Assembly: GCF_037042905.1 (NCBI RefSeq)
Contig: NC_087251.1
Span: 37,202,001 to 37,266,000 of the forward strand
Direction: 5' to 3'
Origin: Lytechinus pictus
Taxonomy: Eukaryota
DNA: 64,000 nucleotides
The position numbers were made by a program, and so were the translations under genes. The notes under the pieces were generated by a model. The model did no database searches. It saw only the letters and a program-made list of their open reading frames with translations, and had not been told where the DNA came from. Below are positions 26,386-39,814 of this stretch, piece by piece (the first letter of the stretch is position 1; each line of letters opens with the position of its first letter).

Positions 26386-26653
26386 CAGCCTGAATATATT
26401 TCACCTTCATAATAAGACTGATATGTTTTTCTTCATTTGACATTAAGAGAGGGCATCAAGACCCAAGGTCAGTCTTTGAAAAGGTCATCTCACTGATAAA
26501 ACTCAAAGACATGACAAGTACGTAATCTATATTTGAGTTTTATCAGTGAGATGACCTTTTCAAAGACTGACCTTGGGTCTTGATGCCCTCTCTTAATGTC
26601 AAATGAAGAAAAACATATCAGTCTTATTATGAAGGTGAAATATATTCAGGCTG
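26386..26653. mobile_element. Perfect-palindrome MITE with TA TSD
   Basis: Arms 26386-26507 and 26532-26653 (122 nt each) are exact reverse complements around a 24-nt spacer. TA lies on both flanks. Confidence 0.9.
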
Positions 26654-27175
26654 TACATAACATTTGAAGTATTTTCCTACTAATAGCATGGAAAACATTA
26701 TCCATGACACGGGTAGAAAAAAAACCATCCAAAAAACAACCTACAAACCCATTTTTTTACCTTCATTATGGCAAATAAACATTTTTTTAGGCCTGAGCAT
26801 TAATGGTGGGTGGGGCGATGAGTATAAAAGTGTTCATCCATAAGCTCTTTGCCGATTGGAAAGGATCAACTGAAACTGATTTAAGCATGTCATGGCGGTT
26901 GCATTTCCTGACTGAAAGCAGGAGCAATCCGCATGAGCAGGCAGATACAGGCAGATACTTAGTTGTTTTGATTTTGCATATTGATAATATCCTAGCCTTA
27001 CCAATTTTTCTATTCTCCTCTGGGCCCTATAACTCACAAGCTATGCTTTCAACCTAGGCCCCTCCATTCTTTACTGGTTTCAATTCTTATTTTGTATAAA
27101 CTCCTATTTGTCTCAAGAACCATTTATTTCATTTCATGATATGTTATACCCATGTCAACCGATGTAACATGTTTG

Positions 27176-28326
27176 TATATAAACCCCTAAAAAAGGTTTG
27201 GAAATCTGTGTTTGGCCATTAATTTCTCCCAACTCCCAATTTTACACAATGCATATTTTACATCATTCAAAAGATCATTTAATTCTCTTTAAAATGATAC
27301 CATGCTTGTTATGATCATGTCATCACGAAAAGAGCAGGATTCAAAAGTGTTGGATGAGGTCTGAATTGAAAAGCTGCAAAACGAGCAAAAAAAGTTCGGA
27401 AATCTGAGTTTGGCCATTAATTTCTCCCAACTCCCAATTTTACACAATGCATATTTTACATTCTTCAAAAGATCATTTAATTCTCTTTAAAATGATACCA
27501 TGCTTGTTATGATCATGCCATTACGAAAAGAGCAGGATTCAAAAGTGTTGGATGAGGTCTGAATTGAAAAGCTGCAAAACGAGCAGAAATAGTCATGAAG
27601 GGTCAATACAAAACATGATTCTTTTGTCTGTGTCATTAGAGATTCAAATCCATTCAAATCAAGCCCCTGCTTCTTTGTAGTGATGGTTCTGTGAGATAAC
27701 ATGGTTTGAGTCGTGGTGTGAAATACCCATGCATGTTTGTTTGTTATGTGTTTGCTTGGGCAGAGGTGTGTTTGATTCCATGTTAATGCTGATGTTAAGG
27801 TGCATGAAAATAATAAAAAGAAACCACTGAGAAACTCACTCATCACCCCTGAAAAAAAAAGTGACTTTATTGTGCCATTTTGCATCTTTTGAAGTTTGAC
27901 CTTGCCCCATATTTCAAGGCAATGCACCTCCATGTGAATGATAATCACATCATGTAGGGTATCATTTTAAAGAAAATTAAATGATCTATTCATTGATATT
28001 AATTACATATTGATATTAACTAAAACTGATGAGGAATTATCGGTCAAAGTCAAAAGAACCCGCTGAGAAACTCACTCATCACCACGGAAAAAAGAACAGT
28101 TACTTTCAATATTGTGTCATTTTGCAACTTTTGAATTTTGACCTTGCCCCACATCTCAAGGCACTGCACCTCCATGTGAACCATAATCATATCACGTAGG
28201 GTATCATTTTAAAGAGAATTAAATGATCTATTCATTTATATTAATTACACATTGATATCTACTAAAACCAAGGAGGCATTATCGATCAAAATCAGATTTC
28301 CAAACTTTTTTTAAGGAGTTTATATA
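27176..28326. mobile_element. TIR element with internally duplicated subterminal blocks
   Basis: TATATAAACCCCTAAAAAAGGTTTGGAAATCTG mirrored by CAGATTTCCAAACTTTTTTTAAGGAGTTTATATA. Tandem ~200-bp (27198/27397) and ~235-bp (27826/28063) duplications. Confidence 0.7.
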
Positions 28327-28581
28327 TGTGAATTATGGAAATCAACTGAACTGAACTGAAGATTTGCTTGCAGCCTCAGTAAGCAATCAAGATTTTTGCT
28401 TACACACCACTGTGCAGCAATTTACAGCAATCAAAATTTTGAAATGTAACAACAGAGTGACAGGTGTCTATGAATCTCCTTTTGCTAAAGATATATTTCT
28501 GACGTGAAAAAAATAACACTTTGAAGGCAACAACTTTGTCACTTGTAGACATGCTTATCAAAAACTCATATATATCCTTAA

Positions 28582-29172
28582 AGGACAGGTCCACCCCAAC
28601 AAAAAGTTGATTTAAATAAAAAGAGAAAAATCCAACAAGCATAACACTGAAAGTTTCATCAAAATCTGATGTAAAATAAGAAAGTTATGACATTTTAAAG
28701 TTTCGCTTATTTTCACAAAACAGTTATATGCACATCCTGGCTGGTATGCAAATGAGGAGACTATGATGTCATCCACTCACTATTTCTATCGTATTTTATT
28801 ATATGAAATATGAAATATTATAATTTTCTCCTCATTGTCAAGTGATACAACGATTAATTCCTCCCTGAACATGTGAAATTAGCATTGTTTAATACTATAT
28901 GGTTCATTCAAGTTGGTCCTTATTGTCAAATCTATAAAAAATGAAATAATGTATAATTCAAACAATAAAAAAAAAAAAAAATAGTGAGTGATGGACATCA
29001 TCAACTGACTCACCTAGTTGTGCATATCACTGTTTTGTGAAAAATAAGCAAAAATTTAAAATGTCATAACTTTCTTATTTTACATGCAATTTTGATGAAA
29101 TTTTCAGCACTATGCTAGTTTGATTTTTCTCTATTTATTCAAGTCAGCGTTTTCCTGGGGTGAACTTGACCT
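28582..29172. mobile_element. Kolobok-like MITE, opposite orientation to the 21361 copy
   Basis: TTAA|AGGACAGGTCCACCCC .. GGGGTGAACTTGACCT|TTAA. Confidence 0.8.
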
Positions 29173-29818
29173 TTAAGGAATCCAAAGGAACTCTTGTAAT
29201 ACATGCTGGAGATTTTCTATGGTGGGCAGGAAAAAAAAAGAGAATGAATTCAGCATTAGGTTAGTTTATTAAAATTCCACAAAACAATAGATGAATATTG
29301 TTGCAATTCATTATGAAACATGAACAGTTTGCAAGACATTCAAATAAATAGCAATAAACAGGAGAAGTACATGTCATGTGGAAGGGAATAAAAAAGCAAA
29401 CTTGTATAATAATATTTTGCTTGTTTAGCTCCAGTAAATGAAACCATCCCATTTTGGATGTCAAACATCAGTCAAAGTGGCACTGTAGAGCAGACTCGAC
29501 ATCAGTATGGGAGCAGTGGGAGTCTGTATTAAAATTCAACTTTGTTTGTATCAAAATGGTGTCGCAACATTTACTCCTGCAACAATTGCTTCGGGCTTCA
29601 TTTCCTCTAAGATGTAGGGATAGGGTTAGGCCTATGGTTAATGCTAGGGTTAGGGTTGGAATTGCGTTTCATGTTCGGTTTAGAGGAGAAAGGTAAAGTA
29701 TTACACATCCAGGGTTGAAATCAGTTGTTCACTTAGGGTGTGGAATTGACAGTGGGAGTAATTATCATGGAATCAATGAAACATCAGCCACAAAAATAAT
29801 CCTAAAATATAATATCTA

Positions 29819-29980
<162 letters not shown>

Positions 29981-30998
29981 TTAACATGCATATTGCAACA
30001 GTTTCCGGAGTCCGGCTTACATCATCATGTCAAGAAATATAAAGAAATTCATTTCATTTTCATGAAAATACAAAACAAATATAATCTACACTGAAATGTA
30101 TAATTATGTTACTGTACATGTGTCCAATTTCAGGCAATTAATATAGCTCCCCCAGTCCAGAAAATCATATACTTTTCACTTTTCTTAACAAGAGCCAGGT
30201 GCTTAAAGGAGAGGGGGTCAGTCGGGAAAAGTAGGGGATAGGTTGATTCTTTTAAGTAAAACTTCCTGAACAAGAATTTATTTCTAAGAAAATTGACAAA
30301 TTCTGCACCCGCACTCCGCATACAGTAGGTGGGTGAAAATATTGATACCCTTTCTCAGTGTTTCCCTCTTCCCCTCCGTACTCCCTTTACCTTTGAAAGA
30401 ATTCATTATTCCTTGGAGTACTAATATGAATTCTGTGCATGACCTCTGTGACCTTTGACCTTGATACCCCTAAAACTATTCAGATAATTGTCACTCCTAA
30501 AGTATAAATGACCCAAGTTTGAATTTGATTCGTCACATGGTCCTTTAGTTATCGCAAGAACGAAAATGGAACAGAAAGACAAAAAAAGAACACAATGACT
30601 CCAACAACCAAGGTGAATCGATCCAAGGCAAAAAAGATTGATGTCACCCTCATCTTTTATTTAATTCTTTCAAATAAAGTGAAATAAATAGAAATCTTAA
30701 ATCTAGTGTGATAAGAAAGGGCACTTGCTTGATGAAGATATACATGTATGCAGGAGATTATTAAGAAAACTTAGAATTTCTTAAGCCGAGGGGATAGCGA
30801 TCCAAAGTAGTCTCTTGATTTTTATGGAGGAAAATGTCAATTGTAATGTTATTTTTGAAAATGTAATCTAGAAATTAGAATTTCTAGAGTAATGGTAATA
30901 AGACGGATATCCTTTTTATTCCAGTCTAGCTCGGATAAAGTTACACACAATTTCAGAATTGATCGTTTCATATGGCCATACACACATCCATAACAACA

Positions 30999-32034
30999 AA
31001 CAAGTGGAGCACCTCTAACAGTCTCGCCTGCATTACGCCATTCAATAGAACAGCAGTGCTGACTTTGTAAAACAACTATTAATAGTTATTTTGAAGAAAA
31101 AAAATCATATGATAATAAAGTACTACGTTCATTGACCCTAGACGATCTTTGACATTGGTCATGTGACCTGAATCTCCAGCAGTATGTTTCATGATACTAG
31201 ATTACTCTAATGTCTAAGTTTCATGAACACGATCTATTAACTTTCAAAGTTACATGTATGATGGTAATTTGGCAAATACATGTACCTCTAACATGCCTGG
31301 CCAAAGTTCATTGACCGTAAATGACCTTTGACCTTAGTCATGTGACCTGAAACTCACAAAGGATGTTCAGTGATACTTGATTACTATTATGTCCAAGTTT
31401 TATGAACCAGTTTTATGAACCAGATCCTTAACCTTTAAAGTTATCATGGAAATCACCAAATACCCTCAACTCAGGCAGGGTGTTCAGTAATACTTGATTA
31501 ATCTTAGGAAGTAACGAACTAGGCCCATATACTTTAAAGTTATGATGACATTTCAAAAGCTTAACCTTCGGTTAAGATTTTGATGTTGATTCCCCAACAT
31601 AGTCTAAGTTCATTGAACTAAATGACCTTTGACCTTGGTCATGTGAATTAAAACTCAGGCAGTGTGTTCAGTAATACTTGATTACTCTTATGTCCAAGTT
31701 TTCAAACTAGGCCCAAATGCTCTCAAGTTATGATGACATTTCAAAAACTTAACCTACATGTATGGTTTATATTTTGATGTTGATTCCCCCAACATGGTCT
31801 AAGTTCATTGACCCTAAATGACCTTTGACCTTGGTCATGTGACATCAAACTCTGGCAGGATGTTAAAGTAATACTTGATAACCATTCTGTCAGAATTTCA
31901 TGAACTAGGCCAATACACTTTTAAAGTTATGATGACATTTCAAAAACTTAACCTTCGGTTAAGATCTGGTGTTGATGCCGCCATCGGAAAAGCGGCACCT
32001 ATAGTCTCGCTCTGCTATACAGGCAAGACAAAAA
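30999..32034 (+). mobile_element. Helentron-type non-autonomous element (HINE/DINE-1/pearl-like) with internal TGACCTTTGACC tandem array, family A copy 1
   Basis: 5' AACAAGTGG..GTCTCGCCTGCA subTIR, 3' hairpin GTCTCGCTCTGCTATACAGGCAAGAC plus A-run, and internal ~120-130 bp repeats. Confidence 0.75.
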
Positions 32035-32551
32035 CAGTATCTGGATTCCATATATAAATTATGTAGATCTTTGTGTCTGAAGAAATTTTTTAATCAAGGA
32101 AACAAAGCTCTGTAAATATAATTATAGTAATAATACATTTTGTACAGCATTTTCAACAAATTTGGAAATAGTGAAATACTTAATATTTCAAACGAGCAAT
32201 CCATCACAAAAATATTAATAAAACATTTAAGAATTCATAACCTAACACACAATAGTTCCATGGAGGAGACAGAGAAAAAAATATTAACCATAAAGCTCAT
32301 ACCCACGATTGAATTCTTGGTAAAATTACTAAAATCAAATTCCGATTGAATTCTTGGTAAAATTACTAAAATCAAATTCATGAACCTCCCCCATCCCCTT
32401 AAAAAAGTTTAATAAAATGAATTAATAAATAACATAATTAAGTACCAATTTAAAGGATATTAATAATAAATATCAATGAATGAATAATAACAGCAACAAT
32501 AATGAAACTATTGAAAATAAAAATAATGAGAATAATAATAACAATGATAAT

Positions 32552-34851
32552 AACTAAAAATATCACTGAAAGTGATTAATACCCCCACCCTATGTCATTA
32601 CCAATGCAAATCATTTATAACACACTTGGAAAGCGAATCTTGAGTGTCGTTTCCCTAGATGAATGTTTGTACCAAATTTCTGGAGCAAAGGTAAAACAAA
32701 AACCGGAAAAGTAGCTTCCCAGGGTTTTGCTGTTACCATGGCAACACACCTTGAAACACATTCAGAAAATGGAATTGCCATTTCTTTACCCAAAGACCAA
32801 TGTCGGTGCCAACTTTCATGAGCACTGGCCAAAAACTGGGGTAGTATTTAGGAGTATTTTAGGAGTTTTCTTTGTTTTTTTACCATAATATACAGATACC
32901 ATGGCAACACAATTTCTAACAAAAGTGAAAAAAGTTTCGTGCACTCCTTAACTCAAGACCTGTGCTATGGAAGTAATTCAAACCACAAGGGTTTTAGCCA
33001 ATTTTTGCCATATAATATGTGGTTACCATGGCAACATGATTTTGACACAAACAAAAAAATTGTCATGCATATCTTTACCTCAAGACGAATGTGAGAGCAA
33101 AATTACATGAGAATTAGTTGAAAACTGATGAAGTAGTTTGAACCACAAGATTTTTACATGATTTTCGCTAGATAATGTTAGTACCATGGCAACACAATTT
33201 CTGACACACACACAAAAATGTGTCTCCTGCATCTTTACCTCAAAACCAATGTACGAGCCAAATTTCATGAGGATTGGTTGAAGACTGATGAAGTAGTTTA
33301 AACCGCAAGATTTTTATCCAATATTCGTCATATACCTTGTTTCCATGGCATCACGATTTCTGACACATGCAAAAAGTATGTCTTGCACATCTTTACCTCA
33401 AGACCAATTTGTGTGCCAAATTTCATGGGGATTGATTAACAAGTGGAATGCCTCTAGCGGTCTCACCTGCATCATGAGATTCAATATAGCAGCAGTGCTA
33501 TCGCATCAAGTATCACATTCCAGTTTAGCTTTTTGGAGCTGCAAGAGGAATTATCGCATCAAGTATCAAGTGCTGACTTTGAAAAACACCATTTAACTAA
33601 TTATTCACAAAAAAAAACCATTCATATAATGATAGAATACTGTACGTTCATTGACATTGGACCTTGATCATGTGACTTAAAACTGGTCAGTGATACTTGA
33701 TTACCCCTATATCCACATTTTATACACTATATCTATAAACTTTGAAAGTTATGACAGCAATCTAATAATTACCTCTAAAATGGCCAAAGTTCAATGACCT
33801 TAAATGACCTTTGACTTTGGTCATGTGACCTGAAACTCGCATGAGATGTTCAGTGATACTTGACGACTCTTATGTCCAAGTTTTATGAACTAGACCAATT
33901 TTATACATACGGAGTTATGATGGTAATTCAACAAATACCCCTAACATGGCCAATATCCATTGACCTTTGACCTTGGTCATGTGACCTGAAACTCGCACAG
34001 GATGTTCAGTGATACTTGATTACTCTTATGTCCAAGTTTCATGAGTAAGATCCATCAACTTTCAAAGTTATGATGGTAATTCAACATATACCCCCATTAC
34101 AGCCAAAGTTCACTGACCTTTGACCTTGGTCATGTGACCTGAAATGCACACAGGATGTTCAGTGATACGTGATTACTCTTATGTCCAAGTTTTATGAACT
34201 AGACCAATATACTTTCAAAGTAATGATGGTAATTCAACAAATACCCCCAATTTGGCCAAAGTTCATTGACCCTAAATGACCGTTGACCTTAATCATGTGA
34301 CCTGAAACTTGCACATGATGTTCAGTGATACTTGATTACTATTATGTCAAAGTTTCATGAATCAGATCCATAAACTTTCAAAGTTATGATGGTAATTCAA
34401 CAGATACCCCCACTTTGGCCAAAGTTCATTGACCCTATATGTCCTTTGACCTTGGTCATGTGACGTGAAACTCATGCAGGATGTTCAGTAATACTTGATT
34501 AACCTTATGGCCAAGTTTCATGAACTAGGTCCATATACTTTCTAAGTTATGCTGTCATTTCAAAAACTTAACATTCGGTTAAGATTTGGTGTTGACGCCG
34601 CCGCCGTCGGAAAAGCGGCGCCTATAGTCTCACTCTGCTATGCAGGTGAGACAAAAACTGAGGAAGAAGTTCGAAATGCAATATTTTTCCTAATTTTTGC
34701 CATAATATACCATAACCATGGTAACACAATTTCCTAAATTTCCGAGAATTGATTAAAAATTGAAGAAGTGGTTCGAAGCACAAGATTTGCAACGAACCGA
34801 CCGTACACTGATTCCTATATACCCCCTCAACTTTGTATGGCGGGGGTATGA
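32552..34851 (+). mobile_element. HINE-like element family B (CCATGGCAAC internal repeats), interrupted by a family A copy
   Basis: 5' hairpin ATCACT-GAA-AGTGAT plus subTIR ATACCCCCACC; 3' end TATACCCCCTC..GGCGGGGGTAT. Confidence 0.6.
33438..34657 (+). mobile_element. HINE-like element family A copy 2 (nested)
   Basis: GTCTCACCTGCA .. TGCAGGTGAGAC subTIRs and a tandem array. Inserted in an A-run of the host repeat (GATTGATT|..|CTGAGGAAG). Confidence 0.8.
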
Positions 34852-35008
34852 TAATGAATAATAATTACAATAATTACACTAATATAAAATAAGTTACATA
34901 TATATACGTGTGTGTGTGTGAAGACTAAATGATCGTCAAGGATAAAACAGAGTAATACACTGGGTTGCAAAGCTTTCAGCCCCTGGCCTTCTTCAGTTTT
35001 TATTTGCT

Positions 35009-35695
35009 AAACAATGCATAAGCGATGTTGCGTCTCGCCCACTTGTGAAAATAACCAGAAATATCGCAACAGTATCAAAAGTTCATTATGAAATAACTGG
35101 GATGGAATAACACTTGTCATAAGAGAGTCATGCACGTAATCTTTAACGTTGACCTCAAAATGACCTTTGACCTTACCATGTGACCTCTGGCTGCATCATA
35201 ACATGCAGGTCTCCTAAGTATATCTACAACCCATGTTTGGTTCAAATAGACTTTAATACGGTTGCAGATTTATTGTGTCATAACAGGGTCTTGCATATAA
35301 ACTTTAACATGAAAATGACCTTTGAACTTACCATGTGACCTTCGACTGCAGCATAACATGCAGGTCTCCTAAGCACCTTTACAACCCAAGTTTGGTTAAG
35401 TGACTTAAGGTTGCAGAGTTATGTGTGTCATAGGAGTCTTGCACATAAACTGTAACGTTGACCTGATCGTAAACATTAACATTGACCTCAATATGACCTC
35501 TGACCTTACCATATGACCTCCAACTGCACCATGCACAACATGCAAATCCCATAAATGCATCTACAATCCAAGTTTGATTGAAAAGGACTTATTGTTGAAA
35601 AACTATGTGTCACAATGTTTGTGATGGATGGACGACGGACAAACGACATTTGGATCCCTTAGTCTTGCCTTCACCTCTGGTGGGCGAGACAATAA
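35009..35695 (+). mobile_element. HINE-like element family C
   Basis: SubTIRs GTCTCGCCCAC / GTGGGCGAGAC, a GGAT/GGAC micro-repeat before the 3' hairpin, and three internal tandem repeats. Confidence 0.7.
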
Positions 35696-35791
35696 AACAA
35701 ATAAAGCAAATTATAGAATAAGTAACAGAACAAACATAATGGTAAATAACTATATATAATTATATACATGTGCATCTATATATAAACTTAC

Positions 35792-35956
35792 TTCCAAAGG
35801 ATCTTGCTTCCTTCAAAGCAGCTAGAACAGTACCTTGCAAAATCTCAAGCTGACACACCAACACTTTAGGGTAATCCATCTGAGCCATAGCTTGGTTCAC
35901 ATCTGCTGGCGTGATTTCAAAGTTGGCTCCGCTTATGATCACTATAGAGTTTTGAC
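35792..35956 (-). CDS. RBKS: Ribokinase exon 5 (GQNSIVIISGAN...VLVCQLEI...ARSFG)
   Basis: G-x-N-x-I..GAN and QLE ribokinase motifs, acceptor TTTTAAAAG|, donor GAA|GTAAGT, 165 nt. Confidence 0.95.
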
Positions 35957-36004
35957 CTTTTAAAAGATGGGTAGACAGATTTATATGTTATTATAATAAT
36001 AATA

Positions 36005-38502
36005 ACTAGATTTTAATTCGTCATGCGGACGAATTAGGTGGTCTGTCGTATAGATAGATAAACAGGAAAAACATATTTAAACAGATATTAGATTGAAAAA
36101 TAGATAGACAAACAGATTTACATAATCAAACAGATACATACAAGAAAGATATATAATTATAGTAGATGGATGGAGTGATGGATGGAGAGATCAATTATAG
36201 GTGGTTATATTAATAAAACATAGACATATAGATAGATAGAGACACAGACATATAGATAGATAGAGAGACAGACTTATAGATCGATAGATTGATTGATAGA
36301 TATATAGATAGATAGAGAGAGAGAGAGATGATTGGTGGTTATATTAATAAAACATAGATAAACATATAGATAGAAAGAGAGACAGACAGATAGATAGATA
36401 GACAGATAGATCTAGACAGACATATAGATAGAGAGACAGACATATCATGAAGCTATTACGAGCTATCTCGTAAGAGACAGACATATAGATTGATAGAGAG
36501 ACAGAGATAGATAGAGAGACAGACATATAGATGAATAGATAGATAGCTAGATAGAGAGACAGACAGACAGATATATAGATAGATAGATAGATAGATAGAT
36601 AGAGACAGGCAGATATATAGATGGCTAGATAGATAGACATATCTAAACAGATAGATACATATATATAATAATTAAATATAATTATATATCATAATGTATG
36701 TACATTTTCTCATGTTAATTTTATGTTTATAACAAGATATATTGTGATTGTTTTTTTAATATGCAGGACCCCAAGGGAGAGCAATTTTTTGTTGATTGGG
36801 TATCCTGTTGAAATATTGTTAATAAATAAATAAATAAATAATAAATATAGCGTATTAGACACACAGAGAGAGAGATAGATAGATAAACAGACAGAATAGA
36901 TATACAATGTAGGTAGATAGACAGACAGACATATGGATAGATAGAGAGAGAGGGACGTATTCAAACAGAAAAATATATATTAGACAGAGAGATGTGATGT
37001 AGGTAGATAGACAGACAGATAAATAGATATGATATAAAAAGTAATTATAATCTGTTTTATTTTGCAATATTTTAGCTATTATTTGTTAGAATTCTTATAA
37101 TTGATCGGGGGCAAGATAGCTAAAAAAAAAAAAAATCATGTTCACCCGCGGACTCGAACCCCTGCCTGCATGATGGAATGAGAAGTAAGTCTGACGCCTA
37201 ACCGATTGAGCTAGAATATTTCCCATAGACTTTACACGTAAGCAAAACACGAGAATCTCAAATCCAATCTTGCAAGTAAAATACGGGCATGATCCCGGCA
37301 TCTGATCGAAAAATAAAGGGACACAACCGAAAGCTTAGAATCTCAGCTACACCATACTAAAAGCTCAGGGATAACTGGCAACAAAAATTGGAGATATGGC
37401 TTATGAAATAGAAGAATGTAGAATCTAGTTTTGAGAAAAAGTCATGTCCCATAGAGATTACACGCAAAATGAGTAAAAGTGACATGCCTTTATTATTTGC
37501 AATTTTTGAGGATGATCTGTTTATCAAAATGAAAAATAAAGGCAATAACTCAGGAAGAATAAGACCTAAGCTACAACATATCAAAAATTGGGTGAAAATT
37601 GACCAATATTCACGGAGTTAGAGCCAGATTTGCATAATTATAATGACGTCATAATACGCAAAATGGATATTTTGACTTCCGACGCCATTTTGATGACGTC
37701 ATAATATAATTGAGGGTCAAATGAGACATGAAATTATAACTCTAGTTCATACTCTATCAAAATATGGAAAAAAAATTGGGGGTCCCCATGCGTTCTGAAG
37801 AGCTACAGCGGATTTTCTATAGGCATGTTTTTGCCCATATATGGCCTATAGTGAGAGCTCGCGCGCACACGTGCTGCAAACTTTAACGGGTGTTAATTTC
37901 CTTATTAATGATCGTAGAAGGTTGATCAAGGCATCAAATTACTCAAAATTATATTATCAATGCAATGATATAAAAAAAACGGTGTTTCTGAGTTGCATTG
38001 AGGCGTTACGCGCGGAAACGCGCGCGCATACGTTTGCGCGCGCAATTTTTTGAAATGCTTAAAATGACCTAAAACGTACTCTGTTTTGGTCAAAAAATGA
38101 TTTTGAGCATTTTAAATTTTTTACGCGCGCGTACGCGCGCGTCGTGACCTACAGGTGACCTTTGATGACATGACCTGATGACCCTTAATCTGAAGTTTAT
38201 GTCATGTGAATTTGATTGATTTTTGATAATTGATAATGGAGATATGATTGATAATGTGATTTTACAAAATGGCGTCTAGATGACGTCATGATGACGTCAT
38301 GACATTAAGATTCTTGCAGAATTGAGGTCTTAATGATGTTGATATGTGGTGATATTTTGATGATTATTGAATATGAACTTTCTGAGATTTGCTGTCCACA
38401 AGAAATGGAGGAAATAAAAATAAGAAATAATAAATAATAAATAATAAAGAAAGAAAATTCGGACAAACATAAAAGGTGATCTGTCATAGACAGACCACCT
38501 AA
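36005..38502 (+). mobile_element. HINE-like element family D (~2.5 kb) with GATA/GACA microsatellite
   Basis: Hairpin AATTCGTC-ATGCG-GACGAATT plus subTIR TTAGGTGGTCTGTC at 36034. The other end is AGGTGATCTGTC-ATA-GACAGACCACCTAA (subTIR with partial inverted copy). Confidence 0.7.
36048..37035. repeat. Compound (GATA)n/(GACA)n/(GA)n microsatellite
   Basis: Direct observation. Confidence 0.9.
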
Positions 38503-39322
38503 TAATAATAAGGACATCTATTCAGGGCACAGCACCCTGGCTAAGCTAGCAAGCCTACTGATTCCGGTGCTCACAGCTTTTTAGAAATTGCTTTTAGAAC
38601 AGGAGATATGAAGTCTGTCTTAGAAGATTACTCAACTTTGAAGCTGTTGCAATTTTGTTTGTATTGTTTGAATTGTCTGCAACTGATGTTGAAAGAGTTA
38701 GGAGGGATGAACACATTTTACAATCTTACAAATCTTCCTAACGTTGCATAATGATTTTGGATCTTTCTCATTTGATCGAACACGATCAGGTCTAAGAACG
38801 TTTTCGATTTATTTCATTGGAAAATGAAATCGCAGACAGTCGTTAGGTGAGTGATGGCCGCAAGTCAAATGCTTACCAAAGTTGAAGCAATTTCTCACAA
38901 CAGATTGTGCAAGCAATGTGTTTTTTTCCTCTTCTAAGGTAAATTTCACTGTCAATGTCAAACAGATTTCTGTGATACAAAACAATTAACCCCTAACTTA
39001 CTTGTATGTTATTATCCCCTGTTAATTCTAGAGTACTTAACTTTTTTTTGCATTTCAGTGTTTTTGATACCATATTTTGGTAGAGCATAATAAAGTATCT
39101 CCACAACCAAAATTTGGTGGGAATCAATCCATGGGATATGACCTCATGAATACATAATTAGCCCCAATGAAGTCAATGTATTATTCAAAGTTTATTAAAA
39201 ACTTTACTTTTATGAATTTTTCAGTGCTTTGCATATTTGATTTTATATCAAATTTATATGCTTAGCCTGGAGTACCATTTCGAAGCTAAATAATTATTAC
39301 TTTCATGGCCCTGTGTACTTAC

Positions 39323-39385
39323 CGCTGTCTTCGACCAGTATCGGGGCAACCCCTGTAGAAGCTTCTTTGGTGATGCTAAGAAAAT
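39323..39385 (-). CDS. RBKS: Ribokinase exon 4 (DFLSITKEASTGVAPILVEDS)
   Basis: TGxAxI motif, acceptor TTCTTTTTGCAG|, donor GCG|GTAAGT, 63 nt, in frame with neighbouring exons. Confidence 0.93.
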
Positions 39386-39814
39386 CTGCAAAAAGAATGG
39401 TTTTCACATCAAATTTTGAACAGGTACAATATCCACAAGGTCAAATAAAGGCCTATTATTTATTTTCTAAATCTAATAGAGAGAGTAGGAAAGAGAGAAA
39501 TAGTATGTGTGGGGGAGGGTGATTATGTGTGTGTGTGTAAGGGTGAGGGTGGGTGGGTGTGAGTGTGATGCAGTTTTCTCTATAAATTAATTCATTAAAA
39601 TTGGCAAAATCCAATGATAATAATAATGATATCTTCTAATTCGCTTCGTTAAAAGCTCAATCACATACAAACCGCCTAGGCAGCCCAGCTAAAGCCGGGG
39701 TAATAGTAATAGCATTGCCCGCTGGGAGAACAGATTTCAGAACTGAAGTGGCTTCCCTGGGTAAATATACCTATATTATTATTATTATTATTATTATATT
39801 ATTAAACATAATAC

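Noticed and set aside
21361..29172. Inverted pair of Kolobok-like MITEs flanking RBKS exons 7-8 as a circRNA/dsRNA driver
   Set aside because: A - strand AATAAA lies at ~22454-22459, so the 21361 copy is probably outside the transcript, and exon 8 is terminal with no donor for back-splicing.
36344..37067. ORFs rich in YLSI/CLS
   Set aside because: Translation of GATA/GACA microsatellite.
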